Below, piece after piece: positions 55,954-64,000 of a stretch of DNA of 64,000 nucleotides; position 1 is the stretch's first letter; each line of letters starts with the position of its first letter. The position numbers and the translations under genes are program-made. A model generated the notes under the pieces. The model was not told the DNA's origin. It made no database searches and saw only the letters and a list, made by a program, of their open reading frames with translations. The stretch comes from Coraliomargarita sp. (GTDB taxonomy: Bacteria > Verrucomicrobiota > Verrucomicrobiia > Opitutales > Coraliomargaritaceae), in NCBI GenBank assembly GCA_965216325.1, contig OZ244160.1:224001-288000 (forward strand), in the 5' to 3' direction.

Positions 55954-56628
55954 CTAAGATCTAAGTATACTTGAGTGCTTCCTGTGCATCTCCAGATTGT
56001 CTACGATAGATACGCTTGCTGTGCTAGCGCGTCCACTGGCAATCATGGCCTGCGCAACTGTCTTCGGCGTGATTGGCTTGAGTTGGCGAAGCTTGCCAAA
56101 TAGTAGTGGGCTGAGACTGTTGAGCACTAGGGTTGCAATGCGTTCGCCGAGTCTGGTTTGACTGCGTCGCGTATCCAACAACGATGGCCTGAAAAGGCTG
56201 AGCGATTCGAATTCAAGCGCGATCAATGCCGCTTCCATTTCACCTTTAGTGCGGCTGTAAAAGTTACGTGAATGCGTATTCGCACCGATTGCGCTGACTG
56301 CACAAAAGTGATTCGTGTTCAATGTGCGACAGTGCGTTGCGAATGTGACGACTAAATCATGATCGACTTCTCTGAAGGCTTCGCGACTTCCAGCCTGTTT
56401 GATTGTCGTCCCAAGGCAGCAGTAGGCATGCACTTGACCCTTATGGTTGATGCTCCCGCTCAGATCTTCCAGTGAGGTCAACCATGTGAGCTTTGGGTGT
56501 TGGACAGGTGCTGGCTTGCGTGCCAGCACGACGACCGAATTATAGTAGCTGTCATCTAGGCAGAGTTTGAGTAACTCGCTTCCGACTGCTCCGGTGGCCC
56601 CATAGATGACTGCACAACTCAAACTCAT
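55954..56628 (-). CDS. NAD(P)-binding protein (YraR/TIP30-like)
   Basis: GATGAVG, CCLGTTIKQAGS, YSRTKGEME, RPSLL. Confidence 0.88.
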   Translation of the reverse strand: MSLSCAVIYGATGAVGSELLKLCLDDSYYNSVVVLARKPAPVQHPKLTWLTSLEDLSGSINHKGQVHAYCCLGTTIKQAGSREAFREVDHDLVVTFATHCRTLNTNHFCAVSAIGANTHSRNFYSRTKGEMEAALIALEFESLSLFRPSLLDTRRSQTRLGERIATLVLNSLSPLLFGKLRQLKPITPKTVAQAMIASGRASTASVSIVDNLEMHRKHSSILRS

Positions 56629-56881
56629 TGCTCGGACCCTTAGCGTATCGCGAAGGAATTGCGAGCTAAGCCGGTGGATAGGCAAACATTCTAGCGAATG
56701 TGTCGGATTAAGGGGGCTTTGTGGCGGTATTAGTATTTGGTGTAGTGTTGCTTAGGATTATGGTGTCGGTGGAACTTGGTATGCTTTCTTCGGTCCCTAT
56801 GAGACGCATCGGTTTGAATGTGTTGCTTAGGGGCGGGGTGCCCTTGGGTTTATCGGCTGAGTTGCCGATGCGCTTCGAATC

Positions 56882-57376
56882 ATGCGTCCATATATCATGC
56901 TTATCACATGGCTACTCGCGGCCAGCCTTTCGACTCCGAGTGTGCTTGCGTTGGCTGGGGATGCCGTTGAGGAAGCCTTTAGTCTAGCGGGTGAGACCGC
57001 TGGGAATGTCGATGCAATGGGGGAACTTGAGGCAGAAGGTTTGCGTATGAATGTGCACGATGCCCCTGAAGCCAGTGGCCCAGTTCAGAGCATTGCCGAT
57101 ATTCACAGTAATCCGCTCTTTTCGCTTTTTCAGTTCTCGGGCGACGAGGTCTATTCGATTATCGGTACTAGTATGCCGCTTAGTTCTACGGACATGGCCA
57201 AGGCTCAAAAGCAGCTACTGGAGGGAAGCGCCGTTGCTGGGCTCGATTTAGAATCTGTGAGCGGTGGCTTTGAGTCGATCCCTCTCATCGCGGTTCCAGA
57301 GTTTGCATTGTATGCGATGTCGATGTCGCTTTTCATTGCATGGGTTGCCAATCGACGCTGTGGGCCGCGGCGATAA
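56882..57376 (+). CDS. PEP-CTERM-like exported protein
   Basis: Signal peptide; C-terminal AVPEF + TM + RR. Confidence 0.65.
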   Translation: MRPYIMLITWLLAASLSTPSVLALAGDAVEEAFSLAGETAGNVDAMGELEAEGLRMNVHDAPEASGPVQSIADIHSNPLFSLFQFSGDEVYSIIGTSMPLSSTDMAKAQKQLLEGSAVAGLDLESVSGGFESIPLIAVPEFALYAMSMSLFIAWVANRRCGPRR

Positions 57377-57472
57377 GTTGACTGGCTGCTGACAGTGCGT
57401 CGTGGTTGAACTGCGCAATGCAAAAACTGTGTGACGAATCTGTGCGGAGGTTCGTTTGATACCTCTGAGGCC

Positions 57473-57838
57473 TTATGCGCGGCGGTAGTCATATTCGATC
57501 ACGTAGAACTCGGCATTGAGGCCAGCGAACGGTTCACGCAATTTAGCGAGCTCCTCAGCCGGGCCGTGGATTTCGAGGCGAGTCAGCTCGACGAGTGCAA
57601 GCGCGTCTTCGAATTCGGCGGCTACGTTCTCCGCGTGAAAGAGCAAGGCTTCGGCATTCTCATAGCTTTCACGGCAGAAGGCGCGGTCACCCTCAAAACT
57701 AAAGCCATAGTTCAGACAGCCCGGCTCATTCTTGATCTTTTCCATGAAGCGCTCGCAGATTGCTTTGAATGCATCGAGCTTGCCTTCGGGGATTTTGAAG
57801 TAGGGGTGGATGGAGCAGGAGGTGTTTTCACTATGCAT
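57473..57838 (-). CDS. ABM/putative quinol monooxygenase-like protein
   Basis: EPGCLNY, CRESY..AEALL.H, EIHGP. Confidence 0.8.
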   Translation of the reverse strand: MHSENTSCSIHPYFKIPEGKLDAFKAICERFMEKIKNEPGCLNYGFSFEGDRAFCRESYENAEALLFHAENVAAEFEDALALVELTRLEIHGPAEELAKLREPFAGLNAEFYVIEYDYRRA

Positions 57839-57936
57839 GCTGAATTTGCTAGGTCACCGATTGGGCTGAGTCAATTGTTGTGGTTCCATTAAGTATAGCG
57901 TAAAGCCGTGAATGGATCCTTGTTAGTCGCTGTGGG

Positions 57937-58470
57937 TTATTGTTCTGTCGTGGTATTCACCACCTGCGTGCCAATGATTAGCTGCTTGTATTGTTGCCAG
58001 CTGACTTGGTCGGAGCCGGTGCAGAAGAAGTTGACCCAGTCGTCGTCGGCTTGCATGAGCACGCCGCGGAGTTCCATCTGGTTGTATTTCGATTGCTTGA
58101 GTGGCTGTGAGTAAAAGATAAAATTGTCACGGGCGAGGGAACGTCCGGGGTTCGGGTGCATGCCTTGTTCGCGGGCGGCATTAATCCATGGGGCAAAGGT
58201 GGCTTCGATGAGCTCATCGGAGTAGGCCACGCTGGAGCTTGGATGCTCGACCTTGAGCACCGAAATCGTAAGCTTCTGATGCGTTGTCGGGTTCTCGAAC
58301 TTCGCGTGGGTGATCTTGCCGCGATTGGGAATTTGCTTGGTCGACGAGTCGAGATAGGCCCAGCCAGAGGGCACGGTGTAAATGATGGTGTCTGCAATTT
58401 TGAGGCTTTGAGCAAATAGTGTTCGACCAGAAATGGCGAGTAATAGGCAGGTCAGGAGTAACGTCTTCAT
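57937..58470 (-). CDS. Exported hypothetical protein
   Basis: Signal peptide, YTVPSGW. Confidence 0.6.
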   Translation of the reverse strand: MKTLLLTCLLLAISGRTLFAQSLKIADTIIYTVPSGWAYLDSSTKQIPNRGKITHAKFENPTTHQKLTISVLKVEHPSSSVAYSDELIEATFAPWINAAREQGMHPNPGRSLARDNFIFYSQPLKQSKYNQMELRGVLMQADDDWVNFFCTGSDQVSWQQYKQLIIGTQVVNTTTEQ

Positions 58471-58558
58471 CGTAGGTTAGTAAATGCGCGCTAATCTCTA
58501 GCGTGAGAAGCTTGATTTGGCGAGCCGATTCGCACGGTGGCAGAGTCGATCACTTTGC

Positions 58559-60607
58559 TTAGCGGCTCTTGCTGCAGAAGTTCTCGATGACTACGCTGAG
58601 TTCCTCGCGTATGACCGGTTTGGACAAATAGCCATCCATACCAGCCTCTAGGCAGCGTTCCTTCATGCCGGTCATGGCCCAGGCAGTCACGGCAATGATG
58701 ATAGATGGCTGGGCCGTTCTGTGGTCGGCTAGTACCTCATCTTCGCGGATCCGTGCGGTGAGTTCAAAGCCATCCATGTCGGGCATGTTGACGTCCATGA
58801 ACAAAACGTCGTAGTGTTGCTGTTGCATACGCTCAAGACACTCCGAGGCATTGTAGGCGATGTCGCAGCTGTATCCGTCCTTATTGAGCAGGGTGGCCAA
58901 TAGGCTGGCATTCACCTCATTGTCTTCGATGACGAGCATCTTCAAGCGGCTCTCAATTAAGGGAGTGAGGGCTTGCTCACGGGTGCTGTTCGGCGTTGGC
59001 GCAACAAACTCTTTCGGAGCATGCACTGGGATCGAGAAGTGAAAGCTGGAGCCAACCTTTGGCTGACTGGTTAGTTTGATTGAGCCACCGAGCATTTCGC
59101 AGAGTCGCTTGGTAATCGCGAGCCCCAGGCCCACGCCTTCGTATTTGCGTGTAGGGGAAGAGTCCATTTGAGTGAAGACTTCAAATAAGCGCTTTTGATC
59201 CTGCTCGGAAATGCCGATGCCGGTGTCGACGACTGCACACTCGAGAATGCCAAGCGCTCCGTCTGAGTGGGTTGGTTCATACAAGCCGACGAAGCCGATG
59301 CGAACAGTGATTGAGCCTTCATTGGTAAACTTAATCGCATTGCCAACGAGATTGATCAGAATTTGCCGGACGCGTGTTGAGTCGGATTCAATCAGCTCGG
59401 GCACACCCGTTTCAATCTCTGTGATCAGCTCGACGGGCTTGCCGTCGACTTGTTTCTCGAGGATTTTGATGACGTCCGCAACTAGCTCGTGGATGTTAAA
59501 GTTGCTCTGTTCCATTTCCAGGCGACCGGCTTCAATTTTTGAGAAGTCCAGAATGTCGTCGAGTAGACGTAACAAGGTTTCGCCACTGTTGTGAATCACA
59601 TCGATGAACTCACGTTGCTCCTCATCCAGTTCGGTGTCTTTGAGCAGTGAGGTGAAACCAATCACGCCATTCATTGGTGTGCGGATTTCATGGCTCATTG
59701 AAGCGAGGAACTCCGACTTGACCCGGTTGGCTTGCTCGGCGGCGTCCTTAGCGTCTCGCAAGCTTTGCGACTCAAGTCGTTGTGCTTCGGACAGGCGTTC
59801 CTGTAGGCGCTTTTCACGCTCTTGGGCAAGGGCACGTTCTTCTTTTTCAATGTTCAGCTCTTCGATCCGTTTGGAAAGTTCCTCTGTTGTATGGCGCAGG
59901 CGTGCATCGGATTGTTGGATACGTGCCAACATCTCGTTGAAGGCACGCGAGAGTTGTCCGAGTTCGTCCGTGCTCTGGTGTTGTGAGCGCAGGCTGTAGT
60001 TCTCGGTGCGCGAGACTTCCCCGGCGACTTCGGCGAGTTCTTCGACTGGGGCGGAGACCCGGCGCAGGAAGCCGCGTGCGAGTTTGATTGCCAATACGCT
60101 ACTCAGAATGATGGTCAGAGTGGCGGTTAGTGCAGCACTGAGAATCGCAGATAGGACGGGTTTCTTGGAGGAGACGACGAGCACATGCCCGATGGGCGTG
60201 TTGTCTAGGGTAACGTTCTTTTGGACAGAGAGGCAGGGAGAGAAGGTGCTGCATTGCTCGGGGGTGGGGAGTGGCTTGCTTTCGTGATGATTATTTGGTC
60301 GGCTATATTCCGCGAAGAGCTCGCCGAATTCCGTGTAGAGTGCAGCGACCTCAATGTGTTCCTTGTAGCGAAGGGCGGAGAGTGTGACCTCAGCCTCGGA
60401 TTTCGAATCAAAGTAGAGCGAGGCCGCTATGTTGGACGCAAGAATCTCGCTGGTTGTCTCGATCTCATGCTGTAAGGCCGTGCTGGCAAGGCGCGCTTGA
60501 GAGACGATGTTCATCACGCAGCTGAGCGTAACTGCTAAAAGCGCCGCACAGGTAATAATGAGCGTCAGCTTGTTGCGTACGGGCAGTTCTGAAAAGCGTT
60601 GGAGCAT
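58559..60607 (-). CDS. Hybrid sensor histidine kinase (periplasmic sensor, HAMP, HisKA, HATPase, REC)
   Basis: [48 protein letters not shown]. Confidence 0.96.
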   Translation of the reverse strand: MLQRFSELPVRNKLTLIITCAALLAVTLSCVMNIVSQARLASTALQHEIETTSEILASNIAASLYFDSKSEAEVTLSALRYKEHIEVAALYTEFGELFAEYSRPNNHHESKPLPTPEQCSTFSPCLSVQKNVTLDNTPIGHVLVVSSKKPVLSAILSAALTATLTIILSSVLAIKLARGFLRRVSAPVEELAEVAGEVSRTENYSLRSQHQSTDELGQLSRAFNEMLARIQQSDARLRHTTEELSKRIEELNIEKEERALAQEREKRLQERLSEAQRLESQSLRDAKDAAEQANRVKSEFLASMSHEIRTPMNGVIGFTSLLKDTELDEEQREFIDVIHNSGETLLRLLDDILDFSKIEAGRLEMEQSNFNIHELVADVIKILEKQVDGKPVELITEIETGVPELIESDSTRVRQILINLVGNAIKFTNEGSITVRIGFVGLYEPTHSDGALGILECAVVDTGIGISEQDQKRLFEVFTQMDSSPTRKYEGVGLGLAITKRLCEMLGGSIKLTSQPKVGSSFHFSIPVHAPKEFVAPTPNSTREQALTPLIESRLKMLVIEDNEVNASLLATLLNKDGYSCDIAYNASECLERMQQQHYDVLFMDVNMPDMDGFELTARIREDEVLADHRTAQPSIIIAVTAWAMTGMKERCLEAGMDGYLSKPVIREELSVVIENFCSKSR

Positions 60608-60612
60608 GACCT

Positions 60613-61158
60613 CTAGAAGTTTACCTCCTTTGCATGACGCAGCAGATTGCCGCTGATTTCGAGTCCACTTGCTTGAACCCGATCCAAGTTGACCGAAAAC
60701 GCGAGCCGATCGTTTACGACTTCGACCAGAACCATGGCGCCTGCTTTGAAAATTATAGGATCAGTGGTGACGGTGAGGATCGGTCGTCGGCTGAGTGTGT
60801 TGTGTGCCTTAGTGAATTGCTGGAGTCGCTGGCCTGGGATGATGAGGACCTTACCGCCAGCGGGGAGCTGCTTTGGCGGGAAACGCTGCACGTGGACTGG
60901 GCGCTTGTGGATGGCTTGCCCCTCAATGACTCTGAAGGCGCTCCTGAGCGGACTATCACTCCATACAGCAAACAGGAAGGGCTGTTCTTCGGCCACCATC
61001 TCGGGCGGCCATACCGTGAACTTGGCGATGTTGTAGATCAGCAGTGCCTTGCCCTGATTCTCCTCGAGGATGGCAGGTTCAGTTGCGGCAGTCAGCGAGC
61101 TCAGGCTGAGGGCAAGACCGATGGCACCAAGCAGGCATCTCTGTAGGGACCGGATCAC
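60613..61158 (-). CDS. YfiR-family (DUF4154) periplasmic protein
   Basis: [22 protein letters not shown]....SGL.IS..LL; start uncertain (61158 or 61200). Confidence 0.88.
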   Translation of the reverse strand: MIRSLQRCLLGAIGLALSLSSLTAATEPAILEENQGKALLIYNIAKFTVWPPEMVAEEQPFLFAVWSDSPLRSAFRVIEGQAIHKRPVHVQRFPPKQLPAGGKVLIIPGQRLQQFTKAHNTLSRRPILTVTTDPIIFKAGAMVLVEVVNDRLAFSVNLDRVQASGLEISGNLLRHAKEVNF

Positions 61159-61163
61159 ACTGG

Positions 61164-62291
61164 CTAAAAGTTGATGACCAAGCTGGCCGACATGCGCCAT
61201 TCCGCCGATGGCTGTGGGCCGTTTAGGTCTTCATAAAAGGGTAGACCCGCTTCGACTTCCAAGAATGAGTTTTCCATCCAGCCATTCGGGTGCTTTAAGC
61301 GCAGGCCGCCAACTGCGAGGAATTTCGTACCGCCAAACAGGCGAGGATTCGTCACCGCCGCTGGGTAGGGGAAGGGGCCGGGCACGGTGATCTCATCGTC
61401 TTGACCACTGATTCGCTCCCAATGTTTGCCGTAGATTCGGATCGACGGCTGGAACCAATCCGAGTGCTCGGAGCGCACCCAGAGGTCGCCTTGGTAGACA
61501 TTACCCAAGCGATAGTCGCGGTCGTTTTCACCAGTGCGAATGGTGAAACTCAAGTCCACGCCGTAGGCCCAGTCGCCGGCTCTGGCTGTGTAGATGAGGG
61601 AGGGCTTAAAGTCATAGGTGCCGGAGCCCAATTGCATGGTGTAGGGCAGTTGTGTGTCCTGAGTGGCATCACGCGGGGTGCGTCCCTCTTCGTCGATCGA
61701 GCCGGTGGGGAAGTTCAATCCGAGGCCAAGTAGCAGGCTACTGCTTTCATCGTACCATGCCAGCCACGAGACGCCTGCTTCCACGTCGCCAAGCCCTTCG
61801 CTTTCAATAATAAAATCGCTGAAGCCTGGCACAATACTGATGTGGTCGGTCTCCTGTTTTATATAGGGGATGCTCAGGTTCAGGCTGTAGCGATCTGTGA
61901 GGTTGTAGGCCGCTTTGAATTGAATCACCTCTTGGTAGATGGTCGTCGGCACGACGGGGAAATTCTTATCTGTCCGTGTCTCTCCGGGCGTCCATAGCAC
62001 GTCGTTGTTTGAGACATTACTGGTGCCGTCACGATAGCCATCAAACTTTACATAGACATAGCTCATGCTGAAGTGGAGCCGGCTCGCATCAAACTGCGCG
62101 CGTGAAGCCACCTCTAGGTCCTCGCTATGGGGGGCTAGGTCCGGTGTCGGTGACTGATGACGAATTATTTTTGCATTCAGGAGGTCGCCGAGGCTCATGT
62201 TGGCAAGGTCAACAGGCGGCGACTGACCGATGGTAGGGAGCACCATGGCTAAATACAAACACAGCAGGAAGGGGTAGTAGGCGTGTTTCAC
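61164..62291 (-). CDS. Outer-membrane barrel (MetA-pathway/transporter-like) with N-terminal DLxxMSLxDLL peptide
   Basis: Signal peptide; GLGD, PTGSIDE, LPYTMQLGSGTYD; C-terminal F. Confidence 0.75.
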   Translation of the reverse strand: MKHAYYPFLLCLYLAMVLPTIGQSPPVDLANMSLGDLLNAKIIRHQSPTPDLAPHSEDLEVASRAQFDASRLHFSMSYVYVKFDGYRDGTSNVSNNDVLWTPGETRTDKNFPVVPTTIYQEVIQFKAAYNLTDRYSLNLSIPYIKQETDHISIVPGFSDFIIESEGLGDVEAGVSWLAWYDESSSLLLGLGLNFPTGSIDEEGRTPRDATQDTQLPYTMQLGSGTYDFKPSLIYTARAGDWAYGVDLSFTIRTGENDRDYRLGNVYQGDLWVRSEHSDWFQPSIRIYGKHWERISGQDDEITVPGPFPYPAAVTNPRLFGGTKFLAVGGLRLKHPNGWMENSFLEVEAGLPFYEDLNGPQPSAEWRMSASLVINF

Positions 62292-62348
62292 AGTAGAATT
62301 AAGCAGGCTAATGGGTAGGTTATATTCCCTGTCTGTGCAACCTTTAAC

Positions 62349-63925
62349 CCGCATATTGCGCGAATAAAGTATCGAAGGGTTTCAAGCAACTGCTATGCAG
62401 TTAGTTGCGAAAAAGAACCCAAAACCCTTCGATGTCAGAAAAACAACAGAGCACGTATCGTTTCACAAGTCATAAAAGCAAGCGGGTGAGTGCTCGTTTT
62501 GACGCAGTTAGATTGAGTAGTGATGGGGGCTTGCTGTTATTACGCGAAGCGGATCGTCGCTTAGGTCTGACCAAGGCTGCATCGAAGCGTTTGGTCGATG
62601 ATCGCCAGCCGGGTAAGATTAAGCACAGCGCTGAGCAATTGCTACGCCAGCGCGTCTATGGTTTGGCCAGTGGCTATGAGGACTTGAACGATTTTGACGA
62701 GTTTCGGGATGATCCCCTCTGGCAGATGCTTGCCGGGGGCGACAAGAGCCTTGGCAGCGGATCGACATTGTGCCGCTTTGAGAACGCTCAGGATCGCAGT
62801 GGTGCGGTAGCCTTGAACAAGTTGTTCGTCGATCAGTTCCTTGATTCCTTCCAGCAGGCTCCTGAGCGCATTGTTTTGGATTTTGATGCGACTGATGATC
62901 CGGTCCATGGCATGCAAGAGGGACGTTTCTTTCACGGCTACTATGGTAACTACTGCTTCTTGCCACTGTATGTGTTTTGCGGTTCGCAGTTGCTCGTCGC
63001 TTACCTGCGCCCGAGCAATATCGATGCGGCCAAGCATGCCGGTGCGATTCTCAAGTTGCTGACTACTTATATCCGTCAGCGGTGGCCGCAGGTGAAGATC
63101 GTCTTTCGCGCCGACAGTGGTTTTTGTCGCCACCGAGTATTGGGTTGGTGTGAACGTAACCAAGTCGATTATGTCGTCGGGATCGCACGTAATCCACGTC
63201 TGCAGCGAGCTGGAGCCAAGTTACAACAGCAAGTTGCCGAAGACTTTGAGCAGACCGATGAAAAGCAAAAGCGCTTTGGGCAGTTTACTTACGCGGCCGG
63301 TAAATGGAAACGCAGTCGCCGGATCATCCATAAGGCCGAACACACCAAGCTCGGTGCGAACCCTCGCTTTGTGATTACCAATGTGAGCGAAGCGCCCGAG
63401 CAGGTATACGCGCACTACTGCGAGCGGGGCGAAATGGAGAATAAAATCAAAGAACAAATGATGCTCTTCAGTGACCGCACCAGTGCTTCAAACTGGTGGG
63501 CGAACCAGTGGCGGGTGCTCCTGTCTTCACTCGCTTACGTGCTCATGGACACAATTCGCCGTATCGGATTGGCAGGCACCAAATTGGAACGCGCCACCGT
63601 GCACAGCATACGGATCAAACTCGTGAAGATCGCTTGCCTGATTGAACGAAAACGCAGCCGCTGGCTGTTCCGGCTCAGCGTCGCATGTCCCGATCAACAG
63701 GCCTTTGCCGCATGTGCGGCCAAACTACATCCCACTTAAAATCCACCTTCGCGCTTCACCCTGCGGCTCAACTCCAGAGGAAGCCAAATATACGCAGGGA
63801 TAGAGCTAAGCTATGCTTACAGATAAAAGCTAACGCTTTTTACCTGCGATTCGGTAGTCCCTTTACACCAACTGAGCGAAAAAAGATCAACCTGACCAAG
63901 ACAAACCCATTCATGCAATATGCGG
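62349..63925 (+). mobile_element. IS1380-family insertion sequence
   Basis: 17-bp TIRs CCGCATATTGCGCGAAT / ATTCATGCAATATGCGG (15/17) around the transposase. Confidence 0.9.
62432..63739 (+). CDS. IS1380-family DDE transposase
   Basis: SSDGGLLLL, GYEDLND, LDFDATDD, RADSGF, RGEMENKIKE. Confidence 0.95.
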   Translation: MSEKQQSTYRFTSHKSKRVSARFDAVRLSSDGGLLLLREADRRLGLTKAASKRLVDDRQPGKIKHSAEQLLRQRVYGLASGYEDLNDFDEFRDDPLWQMLAGGDKSLGSGSTLCRFENAQDRSGAVALNKLFVDQFLDSFQQAPERIVLDFDATDDPVHGMQEGRFFHGYYGNYCFLPLYVFCGSQLLVAYLRPSNIDAAKHAGAILKLLTTYIRQRWPQVKIVFRADSGFCRHRVLGWCERNQVDYVVGIARNPRLQRAGAKLQQQVAEDFEQTDEKQKRFGQFTYAAGKWKRSRRIIHKAEHTKLGANPRFVITNVSEAPEQVYAHYCERGEMENKIKEQMMLFSDRTSASNWWANQWRVLLSSLAYVLMDTIRRIGLAGTKLERATVHSIRIKLVKIACLIERKRSRWLFRLSVACPDQQAFAACAAKLHPT

Positions 63926-64000
63926 CCTAAGAGACCAAACCGAGCACTCCCCAAAACACTCAGCCGAAAAGAGATCTCCAAACTCTTGTCACAACCAAAT

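Noticed and set aside
56745..56831. 12-bp direct repeat GTGTTGCTTAGG upstream of the PEP-CTERM-like gene
   Set aside because: Only two copies; may be a regulator site but there is no further support

Overview
Bacterial chromosomal window. Gene content and repeat styles (PEP-CTERM protein, SHD1-like domain, type II glutamine synthetase, archaeal-type ProRS) suggest a Verrucomicrobiota/Opitutales-like organism; this is inference. Most of it is core and metabolic: an NrfC/NrfD-like redox pair with an Rrf2 regulator, glnII, holB-tmk, a TolQ/R/A-like trio, an MhqR-like operon, menD/menB, surA-mfd-rnc, phoH, serS, proS, hemN, gpsA, lepB and sppA. There are two tRNAs (Ala-GGC, Leu-TAA) and an IS1380 at the right end. 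The main accessory feature is an ~8.0-kb element integrated at tRNA-Leu between exact 54-bp att repeats. It encodes an integrase, small HTH proteins, a primase-C-terminal-like domain, an HK97-type capsid and prohead protease (no portal, terminase or tail), and a three-gene HNH cargo, so it looks like a minimal capsid-encoding phage satellite. Other oddities: a membrane protein fusing an amino-acid-sensing dCache_1 motif to a Schlafen/AlbA_2 domain; a GxxExxY gene inside terminal inverted repeats between menD and menB; a REP-like palindrome inserted in-frame in mfd; hairpin-rich mini-elements at both tRNA 3' ends; and a barrel-YfiR-histidine kinase operon. All family calls come from motif recognition by eye, not database searches.
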